Source of the DNA: a bacterium UBP8_UBA817
Lineage (GTDB): Bacteria > Margulisbacteria > Marinamargulisbacteria > SXXA01 > SICP01
DNA length: 64,000 nucleotides
NCBI GenBank assembly: GCA_945898045.1
Contig: CAMDGG010000003.1
Location: 10,529-74,528 of the forward strand
Reading direction: 5' to 3'
In this document: piece by piece, positions 59,557 through 64,000 of the stretch
Layout: each line of letters starts with the position of its first letter
Numbering within the stretch: position 1 is the first letter of the stretch
Program-made: the position numbers and the translations under genes
The notes under the pieces: model-generated
Told to the model about the DNA's origin: nothing
Database searches by the model: none
The model's input: only the letters and a program-made list of their open reading frames with translations

Positions 59557-60921
59557 ATGTTTGTTTTCTACGACTTCGAAACCTCCACCCGTGAAGCCTT
59601 AGGGCAAATTCTGACCTATTCGTTTATTGCAGTCACCCCCAAATACGACATCGTACAAGAATGCCAAGGTAGTATTCGTCCAAGCCGTATCGAATTGCCA
59701 GACCCAGAGGCTATCTTAGTAAGCCGACTCAACGTCGATACCCTCATGCAAGAAGGCCAAAGTGAATACGAAGCCGCAAAAAAAATTCACAGATACTTAG
59801 GCGATCTTATCGACACCTATCAAGACGTCACCCTAGTGGGCTTTAACTCCAATCAATTTGACCTTGTTTTTCTCCGAAATCTATTCAGCCGCTACGGCCT
59901 CAATCCCTATTTCTTCGGCAAACTCAAAAATCTCGATATCCTACACTTCGTTCAACATATCGCTTTCACGCATGCCGATAGCTTTCCCTGGCAACTCTAC
60001 ACCAATCCAGAGGGCAATCAGTTCTATCAATTTAAGCTAGAAACCATGGCCCATGCCTTTGACTGTCTAGACCAAGCACAATCTCACGACGCCAGAGAAG
60101 ACGTCCTACTCACCATACGCCTCACCCAAAAATTAGAAGACATTTACAGCGAATCACTCTCCCATTTTTCTCCTATCAAAGAAGCCGGTCATCTCGTCAA
60201 ACAAAAAGTGCGAGATTTCCCCAAAGAAGGCGCTACCCCCCAACAGTTCACCTATCGCTACTGGCTTGTCCTAAGCGGAGACGCCAAACAACGCCTCCTC
60301 GTCAATCTAGAAGCGTACGAAGCCCTACCTCAAAAAGACGAAGAGGCCTGCCTCACCAGCCTAAAATATATTAATTTCAACAAACACTATTGGGTCACAG
60401 AACCACTCAGCGAAGCAGAAGCCAGCTACTGGACCCCAACACTATCCGAAATCAGCCAAAATACAGCCCTAAGCAAACTAACGCTAGATCGTTACTTCGA
60501 AAAAATAAAAAAGAAATGGGACATCGACTACCAAATCCACGAACTAGGTTTCAAAGGCATCGACCGACTCTACATCCTAGCCCAAGAACTCATCAAAAAT
60601 CCCAAAATCTACAACGCCACCTTCCAAACCCTCTGGGACAGTCGACGAGACCCCAAAGACATCTACCTCATCCAGCTCTATAATCGCCTCTACCTCAAAT
60701 ATCACCCAGAACCTAACCCAGAACATGTCAAAAAATACTTGGTCCCAAGATACGTCACAGGGGCGCTCTATCGAGATATCAAATCATTCGTGCCGATACA
60801 CGAACAGGTCAAAAAAATGGACACTATTCTTCAAAGTCCCGATGCTGCACAAGAAGATAAAATTCTTATGCAAGCACTTAAACCCCACTATAAAAATGCT
60901 ATAGCCCAATACGGGCTATAG
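59557..60921 (+). CDS. sbcB: Exodeoxyribonuclease I-like DEDDh 3'-5' exonuclease
   Basis: FVFYDFETS (Exo I), GFNSNQFDLVFLRNLFSRYGLNPY (Exo II) and SHDAREDVLLTIRL (Exo III) align by eye with E. coli SbcB, and the length is similar. ATG 59557 follows AAAGGA. The ORF-track start at 59506 lies inside tRNA-Arg. Confidence 0.85.
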   Translation: MFVFYDFETSTREALGQILTYSFIAVTPKYDIVQECQGSIRPSRIELPDPEAILVSRLNVDTLMQEGQSEYEAAKKIHRYLGDLIDTYQDVTLVGFNSNQFDLVFLRNLFSRYGLNPYFFGKLKNLDILHFVQHIAFTHADSFPWQLYTNPEGNQFYQFKLETMAHAFDCLDQAQSHDAREDVLLTIRLTQKLEDIYSESLSHFSPIKEAGHLVKQKVRDFPKEGATPQQFTYRYWLVLSGDAKQRLLVNLEAYEALPQKDEEACLTSLKYINFNKHYWVTEPLSEAEASYWTPTLSEISQNTALSKLTLDRYFEKIKKKWDIDYQIHELGFKGIDRLYILAQELIKNPKIYNATFQTLWDSRRDPKDIYLIQLYNRLYLKYHPEPNPEHVKKYLVPRYVTGALYRDIKSFVPIHEQVKKMDTILQSPDAAQEDKILMQALKPHYKNAIAQYGL

Positions 60922-60924
60922 AGT

Positions 60925-62031
60925 TTATCTATTCCGTTTCACATAAACCAATGGATCTGTCGTCTTCTTCAAATCACCCTGAAGCTCCGCAAATTCTTCG
61001 ATTAATTTCTTCTCTTTAGCAGAAATAGTTTTAGGAATCTTAACCAAGACATCCACAAACTGATCACCCGTTCCGTAACTTTGCAAATGAGGAACGCCTT
61101 TACCTTTTAAGCGAAAGGTTGTGCCAGATGCTGTGCCGGCTGGGATTTTAAGTTCCGCATGTCCAGAAAGGGTAGGGACTATAATTTCGGCACCCAAAAT
61201 TAATTTAGACAGAGGCAATTCTACCCTGATATGAATATCATCGGCTCTACGAACAAAATAGACGTGAGGTTTGACCGTAATAAAGACATACAGATCTCCA
61301 GGAGGGCCGCCTTCTTCGCCATGATTTCCTTCACTACTCACACGCAAACGTGTGCCAGACTCTACGCCAGCAGGAATAGAAACAGAGATCTTTCTCTTTT
61401 GTTTTTCAAGCCCCTTACCGTGACATAGCAAACAAGGATGCTGAATAATTTGCCCACTACCATGACAGGTTGGACACGCAACAACCTGTGAAAAACTTCC
61501 CAACATGGTGCGTTGAACTGTCTTGATTTGCCCCGCGCCATGACATTGATGACACGGATTTTTTTGCGTGCCAGGTTGTGCACCCGATCCTTTACAGCGT
61601 GAGCATTTGTCCAAATGGTAAATCTCAATATCTTTTTTAATGCCTTTGCAAGCGTCTTCCAAGCTGAGCTCTAGGTCATAGCGTAAATCTTCGCCTTGAC
61701 GTGGACCCGACCGTTTTTGACGACGGTTGCCACCAAAAAAGCTGTCGAAAATATCTTCGAAGTTTTCCGCAGAAAATCCACCAAAACCCTCGCTACCACC
61801 GCCCCCTCTAGGGGAGTCATCGGTGATGCCGAATTGGTCATATTGGGCTTTTTTGTCTGGATTGGAGAGTATTTCATAAGCCTTTTGGACTTCCTTGAAA
61901 CGGTCTTCCGCACCACTTTCTTTATTGACATCGGGATGATATTTGCGTGCTAATACCCGATAGGCTTTCTTGATCTCAGTGGCGTTGGCACCACGCGCAA
62001 CGCCGAGAATTTCATATAAATCTTTAGCCAT
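60925..62031 (-). CDS. dnaJ: Molecular chaperone DnaJ
   Basis: It has a J-domain (DLYEILGV...[16 protein letters not shown]), a G/F region and four CxxCxGxG zinc-finger repeats. Confidence 0.97.
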   Translation of the reverse strand: MAKDLYEILGVARGANATEIKKAYRVLARKYHPDVNKESGAEDRFKEVQKAYEILSNPDKKAQYDQFGITDDSPRGGGGSEGFGGFSAENFEDIFDSFFGGNRRQKRSGPRQGEDLRYDLELSLEDACKGIKKDIEIYHLDKCSRCKGSGAQPGTQKNPCHQCHGAGQIKTVQRTMLGSFSQVVACPTCHGSGQIIQHPCLLCHGKGLEKQKRKISVSIPAGVESGTRLRVSSEGNHGEEGGPPGDLYVFITVKPHVYFVRRADDIHIRVELPLSKLILGAEIIVPTLSGHAELKIPAGTASGTTFRLKGKGVPHLQSYGTGDQFVDVLVKIPKTISAKEKKLIEEFAELQGDLKKTTDPLVYVKRNR

Positions 62032-62034
62032 GAC

Positions 62035-63930
62035 TTAGCTTTTCTTTTCGTCGACTTCCGTGTAATCGGCGTCTACGACAGTGCTGTTATCGTCTTCTTT
62101 TTGTGGTTCTGCATGCGCTTCTGGTTGGCCAGATTCCGCTGCATTTTGTTGTGCGTACATTTCTGCAGATACTTCATGAACTGTTTTTTGGAATGTTTCT
62201 AAGCCTGATTTAATGGCTTCAAGGTCATTAGATTCCAAAACTGTTTTGAAAGTAGCGAGTTCAGATTCAAGCTTTTCTTTTGATTCTGGTTTGAGCTTAT
62301 CGCCATTTTCTGAAATCAATTTCTCAGTGGAGTAAACCAAAGAATCGGCTTGATTCTTAATCTCTACTTGCTCACGTTTTTTCTTATCTTCATCCGCATG
62401 GGCTTCTGCATCCTGACGCATACGCTCAATCTCGGCATCAGACAATCCAGAAGAAGACGTGATCGTAATCTTTTGTTCTTTGCCAGTGCCTTTATCAACT
62501 GCTTTCACATGCAAAATACCATTGGCATCAATATCAAACGTGACTTCTACTTGAGGCGTGCCGCGTGAAGCAGAGGCAATACCTTCCAAAATAAACCGAC
62601 CCAATGACCGGTTATCCGACGCCATTTGACGCTCACCTTGAAGGACATGAATTTCAACGCTGGTTTGATTATCTTGTGCCGTTGAAAAAACCTGACTCTT
62701 AGACGATGGAATCGTTGTATTTTTTTCAATCAAATGAGTGCAAACGCCACCCAAAGTTTCGATACCCAAAGACAACGGGGTTACATCCAAAAGAACGACG
62801 TCTTTAACATCACCAGCCAAAACACCACCTTGAATCGCTGCACCAATCGCAACCACTTCATCAGGATTTACACCTTTGTGCGGCTCTTTCCCAAAGAATT
62901 TCTTAACGGCTTCTTGAATGGCAGGGATACGTGTTGTTCCACCAACCAAAATAACTTCATCAATTTCATTCAAAGAAAATCCAGAATCCGCTAATGCTTT
63001 CTTACAAGGTTCAAGTGAACGCTCAATTAAAGAAGAGATCATTTGTTCTAATTTTGCACGGGATAATGGCACATTTAAGTGTTGAGGACCTTCTTGGTTT
63101 GCTGTAATAAATGGCAAGTTGATATCCGTTGTTGTAGAAGAAGAAAGTTCAATCTTGGCTTTTTCAGCGCCTTCTTTCAAACGCTGTAGCGCCATCTGAT
63201 CTTTGCTTAAATCAATGCCTTTTTCTTTTTTGAATTCATCAACCAACCATTGGATAATCAGCTCATCAATATCATCACCACCCAACTGCGTATCACCATT
63301 AGTAGACTTTACTTCAAAAACACCATCGCCGATTTCTAGAATTGAAATATCAAACGTGCCGCCACCAAAGTCATAAACAGCGATTTTTTGATCGTGTTTT
63401 TTATCCATGCCATAAGCCAATGCCGCAGCGGTTGGTTCATTGATAATCCGTAATACTTCTAGTCCTGCAATCTCGCCCGCATCTTTTGTGGCCTGACGTT
63501 GACTGTCATTAAAATAAGCAGGGACAGTGATAACCGCTTGTGTAACTGCTTCACCCAAATACGCTTCTGCATCTGCTTTGATTTTTTGCAAAATCATCGC
63601 TGAAATTTCAGGAGGCGTATATTCTTTATCTTGTATTTTAATAGAAATGCCACCATTACGATCGACAAGTGTAAAAGGGAACTTTCTTTTGATTTCACTC
63701 AAACGACGTCCAATTAAACTTTTAACAGAAAATAACGTATTGTTAGGATTCGTAACTGCTTGACGCTTCGCAGACTGACCTACCAAACGCTCGTTATCCT
63801 TTGTAAACGCAACCATAGAAGGAGTTGTTCTCGCGCCTTCACTATTAGCAATAACCGTTGCTTCTTTACCTTCCATTACTGAGAAGCAAGAGTTTGTTGT
63901 GCCTAAATCGATTCCAATTATTTTTCCCAT
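62035..63930 (-). CDS. dnaK: Molecular chaperone DnaK (Hsp70)
   Basis: [25 protein letters not shown] and [14 protein letters not shown] are present in a full-length Hsp70. Confidence 0.98.
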   Translation of the reverse strand: MGKIIGIDLGTTNSCFSVMEGKEATVIANSEGARTTPSMVAFTKDNERLVGQSAKRQAVTNPNNTLFSVKSLIGRRLSEIKRKFPFTLVDRNGGISIKIQDKEYTPPEISAMILQKIKADAEAYLGEAVTQAVITVPAYFNDSQRQATKDAGEIAGLEVLRIINEPTAAALAYGMDKKHDQKIAVYDFGGGTFDISILEIGDGVFEVKSTNGDTQLGGDDIDELIIQWLVDEFKKEKGIDLSKDQMALQRLKEGAEKAKIELSSSTTTDINLPFITANQEGPQHLNVPLSRAKLEQMISSLIERSLEPCKKALADSGFSLNEIDEVILVGGTTRIPAIQEAVKKFFGKEPHKGVNPDEVVAIGAAIQGGVLAGDVKDVVLLDVTPLSLGIETLGGVCTHLIEKNTTIPSSKSQVFSTAQDNQTSVEIHVLQGERQMASDNRSLGRFILEGIASASRGTPQVEVTFDIDANGILHVKAVDKGTGKEQKITITSSSGLSDAEIERMRQDAEAHADEDKKKREQVEIKNQADSLVYSTEKLISENGDKLKPESKEKLESELATFKTVLESNDLEAIKSGLETFQKTVHEVSAEMYAQQNAAESGQPEAHAEPQKEDDNSTVVDADYTEVDEKKS

Positions 63931-63960
63931 TGTGTATCTCCTTTTTGTTTTTTTTAACGC

Positions 63961-64000
63961 TTATTCCGCAATAACAACCATACTTGGACGAATCACCCGA
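63961..64000 (-). CDS. grpE: GrpE C-terminal end (partial; the rest is beyond the window)
   Basis: The minus-strand translation of the last 40 nt is ...RVIRPSMVVIAE*, like GrpE C-termini. It sits just upstream of dnaK in the usual grpE-dnaK-dnaJ order. Only 12 codons are visible. Confidence 0.55.
   Translation of the reverse strand, partial: RVIRPSMVVIAE

Noticed and set aside
60390-60683. A 97-aa Pro/Arg/Gln-rich alternative-frame ORF lies inside sbcB.
   Set aside because: It is on the same strand as sbcB but out of frame with a well-supported gene, and it has no ribosome-binding site. It is low-complexity sequence.

Overview
This window looks like a chromosomal segment of a moderately AT-rich bacterium (about 40-45% GC by eye, not computed). 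An Omp85 protein and a TamB-like protein point to a diderm envelope. I can support about 58 protein-coding genes (two truncated at the window edges), one decayed antitoxin-like pseudogene and three tRNA genes (Pro-TGG, Thr-GGT, Arg-CCT), all with encoded CCA ends.

Most genes are housekeeping:
- eno, ribD, purC, nadC, aroA, ilvY/ilvC, thrC, hemL, hemB
- rel, recJ, rdgB, accB, rho
- rpsB-tsf, trxA, gyrB-gyrA, sbcB, grpE(partial)-dnaK-dnaJ

Many of them sit in long, translationally coupled operons with ATGA/GTGA start-stop overlaps. I saw no rRNA, CRISPR array, intact IS/transposase or prophage.

Accessory or unusual pockets:
1. 25.6-28.2 kb. This is the most unusual locus. A secreted TPR/SPOR-like protein is translationally coupled to a membrane protein that fuses a FliF-like periplasmic ring-building motif to FliG middle and C-terminal domains. 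No other flagellar gene is in the window, and the FliG stator-contact charges are all substituted.
2. 16.1-20.6 kb. An islet between aroA and ilvY carries an orphan membrane protein, a Bro-N/DinD-like protein, a KirBac-type K+ channel, a tandem NTF2/CaMKII-association-domain-like protein and a methyltransferase.
3. 34.9-40.1 kb. A seven-gene coupled operon contains a MerR-DegV fusion and two tandem thymidylate-kinase-like paralogs, the second with a Lys-to-Arg P-loop.
4. 46.85-47.6 kb. A decayed patch holds an antitoxin remnant and a coupled proline-rich micro-ORF.
5. 4.8-6.1 kb. A PASTA-domain protein has a degenerate kinase domain.

All functional calls come from reading the translated ORFs against families I recognise. 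No database search was run.
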